A DNA stretch of 64,000 nucleotides from Candidatus Poribacteria bacterium (GTDB taxonomy: Bacteria; Poribacteria; WGA-4E; WGA-3G). Of this stretch, positions 50,842 through 63,155 are shown in pieces; position 1 is the first letter of the stretch; the number at the start of each line of letters is the position of its first letter. Under the pieces are notes generated by a model, which made no database searches, was not told the origin of the DNA, and worked only from the letters and a program-made list of their open reading frames with translations. Made by a program: the position numbers and the translations under genes. Where the stretch lies: NCBI GenBank assembly GCA_965197475.1, contig CBDANF010000003.1:3200001-3264000 (forward strand), given 5' to 3'.

Positions 50842-51882
50842 AGACATTATAATGATTTAAATAACAGAAGTTTCATAACGCGAGGGTCTAAAGTTTAGTC
50901 GGAAGTTGTGTAAACCACAACAAGTTTCCATAACTAAATCACAAAACCCTTTCTTCCAATTCCTGAGTTTATCTTTGACAATGCGGCATCTTTTGACACC
51001 ACTAATCGCATGTTCAACGCGTATGCGTATAGACGCTATCTTTCTATTGTTTTCTTTTTCTTCATTCGTCCGTTCTCTACCTCTCGGTTTTTTCTTTGGT
51101 TGAATGATGTTTATATCCGGGAGAACGAAACCCTGAAAACCGGTATCTTGGGACAATGTGCTACCCTGTGGCACACAATAGCCCACCATATCGGCTATGT
51201 GTTTGTCAGGGTGTCTTCCTTCAAAAGAAGGTGTCAATAGGACGACTTTGCAGGTCTCATTGATAATCAGATTATTTTTCACTGTATGGCATTTCTTTTT
51301 ACCACTATAATACGCCTTTTGAGTTGACGGGTCTTTTGGGCGTCGTATAGGGCGTTCGGTGCTATCATGAAAAAAATGTTCTCCTTCTTGATTTTGAGTT
51401 GATACTTTTGATGGAGCACATATAGGTGCGGGGTCTGTTTCCCGAGATGGCAACTCTCCAAGTTCTGCTAATGCTTTGTTCAATATCGATAAAAGCAAGT
51501 GAATCCATCTATTAGCAAGAGGTTGAGACATGCCAAAGAGCGCACCGAATAGCACTTGTTTCGGTGCTTCACGAAGGTAAATCAGTATAAATAGCAACAT
51601 ATCTTCAGGTGTATCAAAACGACTATTTTTATACGGTTTATATCTCCGTTTTTTGCGCGGTTTTCCTGCAAGGGTATGTGTTTGAACATACTCTAAAAAA
51701 CATTTAGTAAAATAAGGTGATAGTTCAGTCCAATCTTCTAAGGTATATCCGGTGAGGGACAGGAGCGTATCAGGTTTGTCCCTTAGTTCTTGAAAACTTA
51801 TCATGAGTTAGCCTCCTATTGTCCGATTGTAATAAGTATAATAGAGACTAACCAAACGGACAACTAATTAGTTATAATGTCT
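50842..51882 (-). mobile_element. IS5-family-like element, intact (transposase 50857-51804)
   Basis: TIR AGACATTATAA, TSD ATT, 315-aa transposase with DSTE, DTGFQG and RIRVEHAI. Confidence 0.92.
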
Positions 51883-51911
51883 ATTGTGTAGGTTGGGTAG
51901 AGCTTGCGAAA

Positions 51912-52116
51912 CCCATAGGTGTCAATTTAGTGTGCTATATGCAAAAAAAAAAGATGTTGATTTGTGATGAAAGCAGCACCAGCGGTGCGGAATGTGTCCA
52001 GAAAACAGCCTCAAACAGTCTCTTGAACCCCAGCGGGGTGACAGTGTCTGACAACACGTACACATATACACCTTTCGCCCCTCTGGGGCTTAGATATCCA
52101 AAATATAGGTTTATTT
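51912..52116. mobile_element. Family-B MITE truncated by an IS3 end
   Basis: Close match to 14133-14382 with a shorter interior. The right end is replaced by the IS3 terminus. Confidence 0.8.
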
Positions 52117-52225
52117 TGTACTGCCATCGGAAATTCGGGCCACTCTCTAAGACAAGATTATGGTATAATATCCATCTACTTGAAAGGAGTATCCGATGGC
52201 GAAACGAAAACGAAGAAACTTCACC
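52117..52225 (+). mobile_element. IS3 left-end fragment (109 bp), inverted relative to the adjacent full copy
   Basis: TGTACTGCCATCGG...ATGGCGAAACGAAAACGAAGAAACTTCACC matches the reverse complement of 53363-53471. Confidence 0.88.
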
Positions 52226-52226
52226 T

Positions 52227-53471
52227 TGAAGTGCTACCGTTTATTCAGACCAAAATTTAGCAAAGTTAAGACAAGTTTTTTTGCTCAAATTCCACAGGTG
52301 TCAAATACCCTAACGCAGAGTGAGGGCGTTTGTGATTATACACTTGTGTAATAAAATGCCCAATGCGGGTTCTTGCTTCGTGGATGTCCTCATAGTCATT
52401 GAGATGAACTTCTTCTTCCTTGAGCGTGCGGATAAGTCTTTCAGCATATCCGTTCTCCCAAGGACACCCTCTCCGGGCGACTGAAATCTCAATCCCATGA
52501 TGCCTAAGCAGTGAGATGGACGCATTTGAAAGATATTGAACGCCTTGATCAGAATGATGGATCTCTGGGACACTTTGACATAATGCTGTCTCCAAGGGTT
52601 TCAACGTCAGAGATTGCGTCAAGTGTTGACTGATATGCCACCCTCTGATCATGCGAGTGAAGACATCCATGAGCAGACAAACATAGATAAAGTGTCCTTT
52701 GAGGCGGACGTAGGTAATATCGCCCACCCAGGCCTGATTACATCGGGAGACATCAAGGTTTTCAAGGCGATTGCTCCAGGGACGCACACCCGCAACGGAT
52801 GTCGTGGTTTGACAGACACGCTTGACAGAAACCGAGAGGTTGGCGGACTTCATCAATCGGGCAACACGTTTATACCCGATGGTGTATCCGTTACGCACCA
52901 ACAACTGTGTGGGACGCCTATATCCGTATGTTGGATATAGCAAAGATAACGTCTCTATTTCATCCTGGAGGCCCGCTTCACACGGGGCCTGCTTGGGGTG
53001 ATAATAGAGGTTGCTTCGGTTGAAACCGAGTGTCTCACATATCTGCCGAACCGAAAAGTCTGTCCGTAATGCCGTAACCATTTCTCGCTGCTCCATCGAG
53101 GCTAACTCAAGTAAGTTGAGGCTTTTTTTTGGATGTCAAGTGCCAAGGTCAACCGCCCAACGAGCTGCTCAAGTTGGGCGATCCGCTCCGCAGAGGCATC
53201 AGACTGTTTATCAGCGGGTTCAAAGAGGGTCGCCGCTTTTTCAAGAAGCTGTCGCTTCCACTTTGAAAGTTGTTCATCGATGAGGTTATGTCGCCGACAC
53301 ACTTCTGCTTGGGAACTTTCAACGCTGAGAACCTCAAGAACAACTTCGGCTTTAAACTCGGGGGTGAAGTTTCTTCGTTTTCGTTTCGCCATCGGATACT
53401 CCTTTCAAGGAGATGGATATTATACCATAATCTTGTCTTAGAGAGTGGCCCGAATTTCCGGTGGCAGTACA
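52227..53471 (-). mobile_element. IS3-family insertion sequence (1245 bp), copy 2
   Basis: Near-identical to 32424-33668. orfA 53102-53392, orfB 52266-53096. No matching TSD. Confidence 0.92.
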
Positions 53472-56400
53472 AATTACAGCGACAATAGTAATCTCAGGGA
53501 TGTAGAAATTGTCGGAGACATCCATATTACAAAAGATCATTTACAAAATCTCCAAGTATATGTTTTAGTGGTCTCACGTGATATTTCTGCACAGCTGCTT
53601 GATAAATTAGAAATTATTGAAAAAAATACTGGCTTGGATATCGTCTCACTTGTACTGTCTGACGAACTATCAGATATTGGAGCATTGTGTGTTAACTTTT
53701 GGGAGGAAATCTGCCATTTTTTCGACTCATCAAACACAGATGAAGAATTCTTGACTTGGATTGGAGAAATCAAAAATGATTCAGAAACGGAGAAGAAATT
53801 AGAAGAACTCAAATCTAAATTAGACAGTGGAATTCAATCCCAATATCATGTCAAAAAGGATGTTGAAAAATATCTGTTAGATCGTTTTAGCAGGGATGAA
53901 GGCTTTAACCATATTAACTTGTCACAAGCAATAGATCGACAAGAAATAGAATCAAAAATAGCCGATTGGTGGGAAAGGGACGATGTTCCTATTTGTTATC
54001 TTCAAGGTGAGGAAGGTACAGGAAAAACTTGGCTTGCTGCTAAATGGATGAATTCAATTCATGAAAGCGAAAATATTGTTACTTTTTGGTTAGATAGTAA
54101 AGATTGGAATGGGTGTATGTCTATTTCTGATTTGCTTAAGAACTGTTTGAGTTCAATCTATGAGTCTCATAAGCAAGAAAAAATTTCCAAACTTCAAAAC
54201 AAGATAGCGAAAATTTGGAGAAAAACTCTTATAGTCCTCGACGGTGTTAATGAACGTGATGCTATTGAAGCATCACAAGTTATTCTCAGCGAATACTTTC
54301 AACCTGAGAGCGAATGGCAAGATAAAATTCGTTTTCTATTTACCACGCGGCCTTTAGATGATTACCCACATTTTAAGAGATATTTATGGAATAAGTGCCA
54401 TAAAATTCCAGTTCTCCCATTTAATGAGCCTGAATTGCAAGAGGCATTATCCAGAGAAGGAATGCAACCTCATGACTTACCAGATTCATTAAAGGAGATT
54501 GCAAGAATCCCACGATATTTTCAAAGGTATATTGAACTAAAAGATGAGTTAGGTTCTTTTGATGTCGTTACCAAAGAAATGATCTTGTTAGCAGATTTGC
54601 ATTACAAAATTGAACACTCAGATTCACAAATTCGCGAAAAACTCGGATGGACTCGTGTCGAAGATGTTAAAGATTTTCTATTACATCTTGCTCAACAAAT
54701 TGAGTGGAATAAAATTGAGGATGCGCCAATAGTTTCTGCTAAACTCCTTAAAGAATGCTTTTCGGACTACACCAAAACACGCATAGACTTAGAAGAACAA
54801 CGCATTGCCCGTAAAGCAAGGCAATTTCATGCAGAGTTAAGTGCAGACCACGTTTTATTGTGTTGGGCATTTTACCTTTCAACACTTTGTGAGTGTATGG
54901 AATTTACCGAAGTAACAGATTTTGCAAAAGGCTTCCAGAATGCCCTGGAACCAATACCTTCAGAAGACCTGAGAACCGAAGCACTATTTGTTGCGCTGCA
55001 AATCACTGCAATTTCTCCCGATCCAGATATATCACATGATCATCTTTCACAAAAACGGGCTGCATTGATGCTTGCGTGGATTAATAGTCACAACGCACAG
55101 ATTACAAAGGAACGTATTTCTTTTTGGGTAGAAAAAGATACTAACGCTTATGCACAACTTGTTGAAGCTAAATTTCGGGATCAAATTTCACCAAATGAAG
55201 AGGACGCATTTATTGAACCGTTGGCAAAAATCTGGCGAAACCAAAAAGGCCAGCTTAATCACTTAGAATCGCGTCTTACCAAATGGCTTCTTCCTACATA
55301 CACTGATGAATATATAAAAGGCGATATTATTGATCCCAAGAGTCTTCCATTCCCGACAATGTACTATACACATATCCGATTAGCAACAACAGCACTTTCA
55401 ATTTTGTCACAAAGACCAGAGCATCATTTTTTATCTACACTTGCCCGTTGCTATGTAATTCATAAGGAAAACCCACAGTTTAACAAAAATATCGGAAGGT
55501 TAATGCGTTGGGAATTCACTGAAGATGTTTTAGACGATCTACTTACGTTAGCAGGAGAAGTTCAAACCGATGAAACTTTGTTAACAGGAGTGCATGGTTT
55601 AGCGGATGAACTTAATCTGGTAAATTTGCCTCAACTACTGCAGCGTCCGCCTTCTGAGGAGAACAAAGAGTGGAGAGAATTTGCCGAACAATGGAATAAG
55701 AAATTCAAGCCCTTTATTGATCGTATCCGTGCCCAAGAAAAGTTATTAAAAGACAGGTCACCAGAAGAAAATGTGAAAGACAATTACCATGGTCTTGATT
55801 ATTTAGCAATTCGGACAGATTTGCCGGATTTGCGTGATGATGATTTAGTTAGAATCAAGGAGGTATTACAGTACATTTTAGAAAATACTGAACTTGGTAC
55901 GGGGGTAGATGCTACACTTGAGGATTATTAGACATTATAACTAATTAGTTGTCCGTTTGGTTAGTCTCTATTATACTTATTACAATCGGACAATAGGAGG
56001 CTAACTCATGATAAGTTTTCAAGAACTAAGGGACAAACCTGATACGCTCCTGTCCCTCACCGGATATACCTTAGAAGATTGGACTGAACTATCACCTTAT
56101 TTTACTAAATGTTTTTTAGAGTATGTTCAAACACATACCCTTGCAGGAAAACCGCGCAAAAAACGGAGATATAAACCGTATAAAAATAGTCGTTTTGATA
56201 CACCTGAAGATATGTTGCTATTTATACTGATTTACCTTCGTGAAGCACCGAAACAAGTGCTATTCGGTGCGCTCTTTGGCATGTCTCAACCTCTTGCTAA
56301 TAGATGGATTCACTTGCTTTTATCGATATTGAACAAAGCATTAGCAGAACTTGGAGAGTTGCCATCTCGGGAAACAGACCCCGCACCTATATGTGCTCCA

Positions 56401-58790
56401 TCAAAAGTATCAACTCAAAATCAAGAAGGAGAACATTTTTTTCATGATAGCACCGAACGCCCTATACGACGCCCAAAAGACCCGTCAACTCAAAAGGCGT
56501 ATTATAGTGGTAAAAAGAAATGCCATACAGTGAAAAATAATCTGATTATCAATGAGACCTGCAAAGTCGTCCTATTGACACCTTCTTTTGAAGGAAGACA
56601 CCCTGACAAACACATAGCCGATATGGTGGGCTATTGTGTGCCACAGGGTAGCACATTGTCCCAAGATACCGGTTTTCAGGGTTTCGTTCTCCCGGATATA
56701 AACATCATTCAACCAAAGAAAAAACCGAGAGGTAGAGAACGGACGAATGAAGAAAAAGAAAACAATAGAAAGATAGCGTCTATACGCATACGCGTTGAAC
56801 ATGCGATTAGTGGTGTCAAAAGATGCCGCATTGTCAAAGATAAACTCAGGAATTGGAAGAAAGGGTTTTGTGATTTAGTTATGGAAACTTGTTGTGGTTT
56901 ACACAACTTCCGACTAAACTTTAGACCCTCGCGTTATGAAACTCCTGTTATTTAAATCATTATAATGTCTATTGTATACAAAACTTAATACCATGGGTTG
57001 CCAAGAATGATCCTAAAGGTTACGCCGAACTTGCCTGCAATCTGAAACTTAACACCCTGAATCAAAGATGGGCACAGTTCAAACTTTTGTCAATTCAAGG
57101 ACTTATTTTTACTGATAAAGATTGCGAAAAAATTTCGACAGCAATTCTTGGAATGAAGCAGGATCTCATTCAAGACGTTCATACGGACGAATCATCTTCT
57201 AATGCTTCTTATTTGACTTCCTTGCTGACAAAAACCTTACTATTTTCTGCTTCTGAGGAAAACTCAAATTACTTGATTGATTGGTTTGAATTTCTGAGTT
57301 CAGTGGAACCTCTTAGGCATTCAATTGGTGGAGGCTTGATTACGCATTTGCTCATGAAATTGTTACCAGATGAAATTGTTAAAAAGGCAAAGAAAAAATC
57401 GGAAACACTTAGATCTTCCCCCGAAGATGATCATATTGTGTCTAACGGAAACCAAGGAAAATTATCGGAACGGGATTATTGGTGTGCGCTTTACGCTGGT
57501 GGAACTCAAATTGATGACAACGCATTATTGTGGGCGTTGGAAGAGTTGAAACTGAGAGAACCTGATTCAACTGGAACATCTCCAATACTTTATTTAACAT
57601 TATCAGATTCATACTTATTTCTAACTGAAACTCTGACCGATGAGAAAATACGTGAACATCTTTTGTCGCAAAATGGGAGACAGTTCACTATACCAATTTA
57701 CAAAGGTAAAGATATCCCATCATATGAGACGCTCATATCATTACTGCCTTTAGAAATTATTGGATGTTTTCTCTGTATGCCAAATCAACGTCACAATTTT
57801 TCACGATGGGGCAAGGAGTTTATAGAGAATATGTGTTCAATTCTTCAAGATGGAGAAACAGATCTCAATCATGTTGAGGAAACACAGTTTGTGGTCAACG
57901 AAGAAGTACTTCAGAAATGGGCAAAACAGAACATGGAAGTTTTCAAGCAATTAGCGGACCAATATCTCACCGTAATTTCCCACCCTTCACAGTACTATGG
58001 TCCACTACGGAACTTTACAGATACCGTTTTCCGTTTGCTATTACGCTTTGAACCGAATATGGCAATACGGTATTACCGCCAATGGAATGCAGTAAACTGT
58101 ATGACTCAATACGAAGCAACAAATTTCCTCTATCAACTCTGGCAAGTGGAGTTTTATAAACATCCTGAACATCGTCAGTTCAGACAGGAACTCTTAGAGG
58201 AATGTCAAAATGATGAAGAAATAATGTTTATGACAATTGCTGCTTTGGCTGGAGGAGGTAAAGAAGAATTATGGAATTTGGTGACACATGAATTTTTAAA
58301 GAGCCATTATGCAAAGGAACGCAATCTTGGTGTTTCGATTCTACCATGGTTTGGAACCGACGATGCTGTTGAATTGCTTGAAAATTTGAAATCAAACGAT
58401 AAAAGTTGGTGGGTTCGTAATCACGCTGCATGGGCGTACGAAATTGCCCAACAAGAACGTAGTTGCCGAGAAGTCTACAGAGAAACTTTACAAACCCGTG
58501 ACTTATTTCGAATTTCCGCTGTTTTTGAGCAAATGATACCCGCTCTTTCACCTACTGCTAAATGATGGCATTACCAAATTGAAGAAAAAGTAGAACTCTA
58601 TAAAGAATCACAAGATAACGATCCTAAACTCCATGCTCTCGTTTACCGATTTTGGTATAGGTGGGGAAATTCATCAAAGACGAAACAAAACGTTGAGATA
58701 TGGGGGAGAAAACTTAGTGAATATTGCCGCGGTGAAAAACTTGGTTTCGGTTCACCTCCCCGACTTGCACCGTGGTGGAAACCTGAGTAA
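53472..58790 (+). pseudogene. Large NACHT/STAND-type P-loop ATPase with C-terminal HEAT-like repeat, disrupted three times
   Basis: Walker A GEEGTGKT, Walker B IVLDGVNE. Removing the IS5-like copy and one ATT rejoins the halves in frame (LEDY-CIQNL...KLLSIQG). In-frame TGA at 58563-58565, then the frame stays open to TAA 58790. 5' end cut by IS3. Confidence 0.8.
55930..56970 (+). mobile_element. IS5-family-like element, intact (transposase 56008-56955)
   Basis: Same TIRs. TSD ATT at 55927-55929 and 56971-56973. Confidence 0.93.
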
Positions 58791-58858
58791 GTAAAAATAT
58801 TGACAGGGTTAAAGCGCACATTCATGTCCTAAAATATCATTTGAAAGGAAAACCCCTA

Positions 58859-59684
58859 ATGATCGGCATATCATATCATGCAGGTGGCATGAAAGACCTG
58901 CCACTCCAAGAAGTTATCTCTATCCTCTCCGAAGTCGGCTACGATGCGATTGAGATGATGTGCGGACCAGAAGCACATATCCCCTCTGGCGAGATAACAG
59001 ATACCCTCCTCAAAGAAGTTAAAACGATGACAACCGACTACGGATTAAAGGTCTCTGTCATTAATCCATTTACCGGAAAGGGACTGTATCAACTGGCATT
59101 AGAGGATAAGCAAGCAGCGATTGATCACTATGCCATGCTTCAAGATGTGGCAGTAGCACTTGGGGCACACGGAGTCAATTTTCTCCTGGATACGGAGGAG
59201 AAAAGGGTGATGCGTTTGCGTGGAAATTGCTTGTTGATATGCTAAAGCCGATCTGCCGCCGTGCCGAAGAGCTTGGGATAACGATGAATATCCACAATCA
59301 CGAAGCTACGACAATTGATTCATCATCTAAAGTCACCCTGCTGATTGAACATGTAGGATCCGACTCTCTGAAGGCACTCAATGACATCACCAATTTCTAT
59401 CACTTAGGTGAGGATATTGCTGAAGTCACCGAAAAATTGGGACATTTAACTGCACACTGCCATATCAAAGGCGTAACAGGCATGTATCCCTACAGCACAT
59501 TTCTAATTCCCGGTGAGGAAGGTGACGAGTTAGATTTTCACACTTTCGCTGAAAGCTTAGGCAAAGCCGGCTACGATAATATATATCTGTGGAAACCTTT
59601 CCGCAAATGCGAATGGAAAAGGCACAAATTGCTTATGACATGATGGCGCGGACTTTAAATGAGTTAGAACTTATAGCAAATTAA
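58859..59684 (+). pseudogene. Sugar phosphate isomerase/epimerase (xylose-isomerase-like TIM barrel) with two frameshifts
   Basis: GYDAIE, IHNHE, DITN, HCHIK and ISVE motifs. Single-base losses near 59184 and 59578. Confidence 0.75.
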
Positions 59685-59774
59685 CTGGATTTATCTTATT
59701 TTCTTGGTATTAGGTGCGGTTAGGAAACCGCACCTACCGTCCGGAAAACAGGACAATCCTGTTAATTTGATATA
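59672..59774. mobile_element. MITE family A
   Basis: TATAGCAAATTAAC...GTTAATTTGATATA with TAGGTGCGGTTaggaAACCGCACCTA hairpin. Confidence 0.7.
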
Positions 59775-60931
59775 ATACCATTTCTTGTATATATTTATCC
59801 TTTTAAAGATTTTCAATTTCTGCTACACTTTTTCCAATTATACAAATCATAGGATTGATACCAATGCACATAAAACCTCCAGAGATTACAGAAAGTGTTT
59901 CAGAGTTGAAAAGCCTGTTGAGAAAGACATCAGTAGGTTATCAAAAGCAAAGATTGACAGCCCTTTACCTATTTCGTAGTGGTCAAGCGACAACTCACAA
60001 ACAAGCAGCCGCGCTGATAGGTGTTAACCGAAAAACGATTGGACACTGGATAGCGACTTATGAGACTGAAGGACTTGATGCGCTTTTGGATCGGCATTAT
60101 TCCCCGGGGTGTCCCCCTCGGCTATCTAAAGAACAACAAGATCTGTTGCGGGCGGAACTTGAAAAACCGGAGGGTTTTTCAAGTTATCAACAGATAACAG
60201 ACTATATTGAAGAAACCTTCGGTGTCCAAATGCACTATAAAACTGTTCACGCGTTAGTTCGCTATAAATGGAAAGCCAAACTCAAAGTGCCTCGCAAAAG
60301 TCATAAAAAAACCAAAAAGCGTGTGATGCGTTCGCTGCCAACTTCGCGACAACCGTTGAGAACGTGATTTCGCAGCACACATCATCTTTTCAAAACGCCC
60401 GACTTTTTTGCCAAGATGAGTCAAGATGCGGTCTTTTGCCTGTGTCGTCTCGGCGTATTACTGTGTCCGGTGTCAAACCGATTGCCAACATCAATTACAC
60501 TTTCCAGAACCTTTATCTATACGGTGCTGTGGAACCGATAACAGGAGAAAGTTTCTTCCTTGAAATGCCCTGGCTCAATGGTGTCTGTTTCCAAGTATTC
60601 ATTGATGAGTTAGCAAAGACTTTTCCAGAGACGCTAAATATCCTTGTGCTTGATAATGGTCGTTTTCATCAGGCGAAATCCTTACAACTTCCTGATAACA
60701 TCGCCTTGATTTTTCTACCCCCTTATAGTCCAGAGTTGAACCCGATCGAAAGACTCTGGCAAGACATCAAAGCCAAATTGTTTCAGCACACATTGGGGTC
60801 AATAGAGGAAATGCAGGACAAAATCACACAAATCTTGAGAAAGTATACGAAGGCAGCTATTGCTCAAATCACAAATTTTAGATATTTCACGAAAGGCGCA
60901 AATGGAATATAATTATTCAGAAATGGTATTA
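59773..60931 (+). mobile_element. IS630-family insertion sequence (TA termini); transposase 59864-60912 via -1 frameshift
   Basis: TIR TAATACCATTTCT / AGAAATGGTATTA. HTH orfA; orfB QDESR, LDNGRFH, PPYSPELNPIE. A7 run at 60305-60311. Confidence 0.9.
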
Positions 60932-61010
60932 CTTTCTTATCAGTATTTTCGCGTGGCAGTGAACTTGTCTGCGGTGTGGGTATAGAAATTAAGGACAATA
61001 CGTGGCAGTT

Positions 61011-62519
61011 TCAATGTTTATTTTTGTTTATATCATCTGATGCTTTTTGCGGATCAACTATCTGCCCATTTTTAAGAGTCGGTTGGAAACGGCTACCATG
61101 CCGATCAGAAACGTTTGCCTTAGATAAGTTCACTGTTGATGCTTTAATAGCGATAACTTCAAACGTAAGGACTGCAAGTGTGCCACTACTACTATCGGCT
61201 TTGACAGGAGAGGTAGCGGCAAGCGTCACGTGATTCTTATTCAAAAAGTGAGACACAAAAGACGCTTTATCGGATAGATAGTTCCCGTTGCTGCTTGAAA
61301 CATATCGCAGACACGCTTCATCAAACTCCACGGTTAACCGATAGCCTGTAATGTCTTGCCCATTGGCAATATCAAGGTTGAAGATTAGCTTCTCTCCGAT
61401 AGTAGGAGACTTCACCGGAGAAGGTGTAACACTAACAAGAGGAGTGGGGAATTTCCACAACCGGACAGTGCTATCAAAACTTCCGCTTGCGAGCATTAGC
61501 CCATCTGGACTATAGGCAAGGGATGCAATACCTGCTTCATGACCTGTAAGTGTGGCTTTATGTTGTCCGGTGCCAGCGTTCCACAAGGAAACCGTCTTGT
61601 CCAAACTTCCACTGGCAATAGTGGCTCCATCTGGACTGAAGGCAAGAGAATAGACATCATTCATGTGTCCAGTAAGCGTAGTTTCCAGTTTTTTGGTGCG
61701 GAGATCCCACACCCAAATATCTCCACCTGTTATTTGACCTTTCTGAGGATCAAGGGAGGCAAAGCGTCCTGTAAACCTTAATCCCCCACCTCCTGCGAGC
61801 TTAGTCCCATCAGAACTAAAAGCGAGCACATACACATCATGTGTGTGTCCTTTAAGTGTGGTTTGGCGTTTTTTGGCGAGTACATTCCATAACCAAACAT
61901 CTCCGACATTATCTCTATCCGCTTCTCTACCTGTTTCTGCAGTAGGACGGAACCCCACACGTTGTAGTCCACTTCCACTAATAAGTGTCCTCCCGTGTGG
62001 GCTGAATGCTAAAGAGTAGATGTATTCTTTATGTCCTTTAAAGGCATCTTTGAAAGTTCCAGTGCGACCATCAAACAGTTGAATCGTTTTGTCTTCACCG
62101 CCACTGGCAAGCAGGTTACCATCTGGACTGAACGCCAAGGAATAGACACCACCTATATGCCACCAGATGGTATTTAAGAGTTTTCCAGTGTGTACATCCC
62201 ACAACCGAATGCTGTAATCTTCACTTCCACTCGCGAGTATCGTCCCATCCGGACTGAACGCTACGCAATAAACATAATCCGTATGTCCTTCAAAGGTAGC
62301 TTTGGTGCTTCCAGTGTGTATGTCCCATAACCGGATCGTCTTATCCCAACTACTACTCGCAAGCGTTTGTCCATCCGGACTAAACGCTACGGAAGTAACT
62401 CTATCCGTATGTCCTTTAAGGACATGTGAATCAACAGTAGGATTTTGTGCAAAGGCATTTGATAGAAATAGATTCCAAACAATAATTAAGCTAAAAGTGA
62501 GAACCATCGCTCTTCTCAT
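61011..62519 (-). CDS. Secreted WD40-repeat plus cohesin-like protein, C-terminally truncated
   Basis: Signal peptide, about 7 WD40 repeats, cohesin-like segment (GY...V.FD...L...[11 protein letters not shown]). A sorting-domain relic lies at 60929-60978. Confidence 0.82.
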   Translation of the reverse strand: MRRAMVLTFSLIIVWNLFLSNAFAQNPTVDSHVLKGHTDRVTSVAFSPDGQTLASSSWDKTIRLWDIHTGSTKATFEGHTDYVYCVAFSPDGTILASGSEDYSIRLWDVHTGKLLNTIWWHIGGVYSLAFSPDGNLLASGGEDKTIQLFDGRTGTFKDAFKGHKEYIYSLAFSPHGRTLISGSGLQRVGFRPTAETGREADRDNVGDVWLWNVLAKKRQTTLKGHTHDVYVLAFSSDGTKLAGGGGLRFTGRFASLDPQKGQITGGDIWVWDLRTKKLETTLTGHMNDVYSLAFSPDGATIASGSLDKTVSLWNAGTGQHKATLTGHEAGIASLAYSPDGLMLASGSFDSTVRLWKFPTPLVSVTPSPVKSPTIGEKLIFNLDIANGQDITGYRLTVEFDEACLRYVSSSNGNYLSDKASFVSHFLNKNHVTLAATSPVKADSSSGTLAVLTFEVIAIKASTVNLSKANVSDRHGSRFQPTLKNGQIVDPQKASDDINKNKH

Positions 62520-62605
62520 GAAATTAATTCCTCCTGTATGTAATAAGAAGTTTTCAAGTGTGTTTCTGCGATTTGTACAAGCAATTAGAACTTAGAAAAT
62601 TTATT

Positions 62606-62621
62606 GGCTCATGTAAAAAGT
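62606..62621. repeat. Solo IS1595-like end
   Basis: GGCTCATGTAAAAAGT is identical to the reverse complement of 11961-11976. Confidence 0.5.
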
Positions 62622-62767
62622 GTGTGCGGTTGTTTTTAATGAAGGCAATGGCCACATGGGTTAAACTTTTTCATTTGCGCTCCGTAGGAGCGGGAGTGCT
62701 GCGTTGGATGGTTACTATAAACATATTGCTCCTACGGAGCAAAGGTATTTGTTTTGGTTTTTGTGGT

Positions 62768-62860
62768 TATACTAAATTAACGGGATTAGTCTTATTTTCT
62801 GGGCAGACTGCGCGCTTACAAAGCGCGCCTACCGAATGGGATCAAGTTAATTTGGTATTA
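62768..62860. mobile_element. MITE family A
   Basis: TATACTAAATTAAC...GTTAATTTGGTATTA with GCGCGCttacaaaGCGCGC hairpin. Confidence 0.75.
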
Positions 62861-63155
62861 GATGGACGTAAGCGAAACATAACATCCAAATTTGAACTCT
62901 TTTATCGAACTCACGTTTTAATTCCTAAAATTAAAATATAATTTCTCTATATGGTTATTATGCCACAGTTTAATCAATGTGTCCAATAATTTACAAAGTA
63001 TAATTTCAGGAAAAATACATAGTCCTAAGAATTATTAAATTGTGTTTAATGATGCCTCGGCTAAAAAAGACATGACACTAAATCGAAAATTTTGATATAA
63101 TTCTCACACGCACTTCTACCAACAATCAGAATTTGTTAACCAAAAGGATACAAAA

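Noticed and set aside
53445-53471. GTG start of the 828-aa ORF
   Set aside because: It lies inside the IS3 terminal repeat; the true N-terminus is missing.
50842-56970. Two inverted IS5-like copies as a composite transposon
   Set aside because: Each copy has its own ATT duplication, and the gene interrupted by the second copy is continuous across it, so these are independent insertions.
21060-58565. TGA reassigned to Trp (two in-frame TGAs at probable Trp sites)
   Set aside because: TGA ends ordinary genes here (for example 41003, 45705, 48289) and Trp is otherwise TGG. Nonsense mutation is the simpler explanation.
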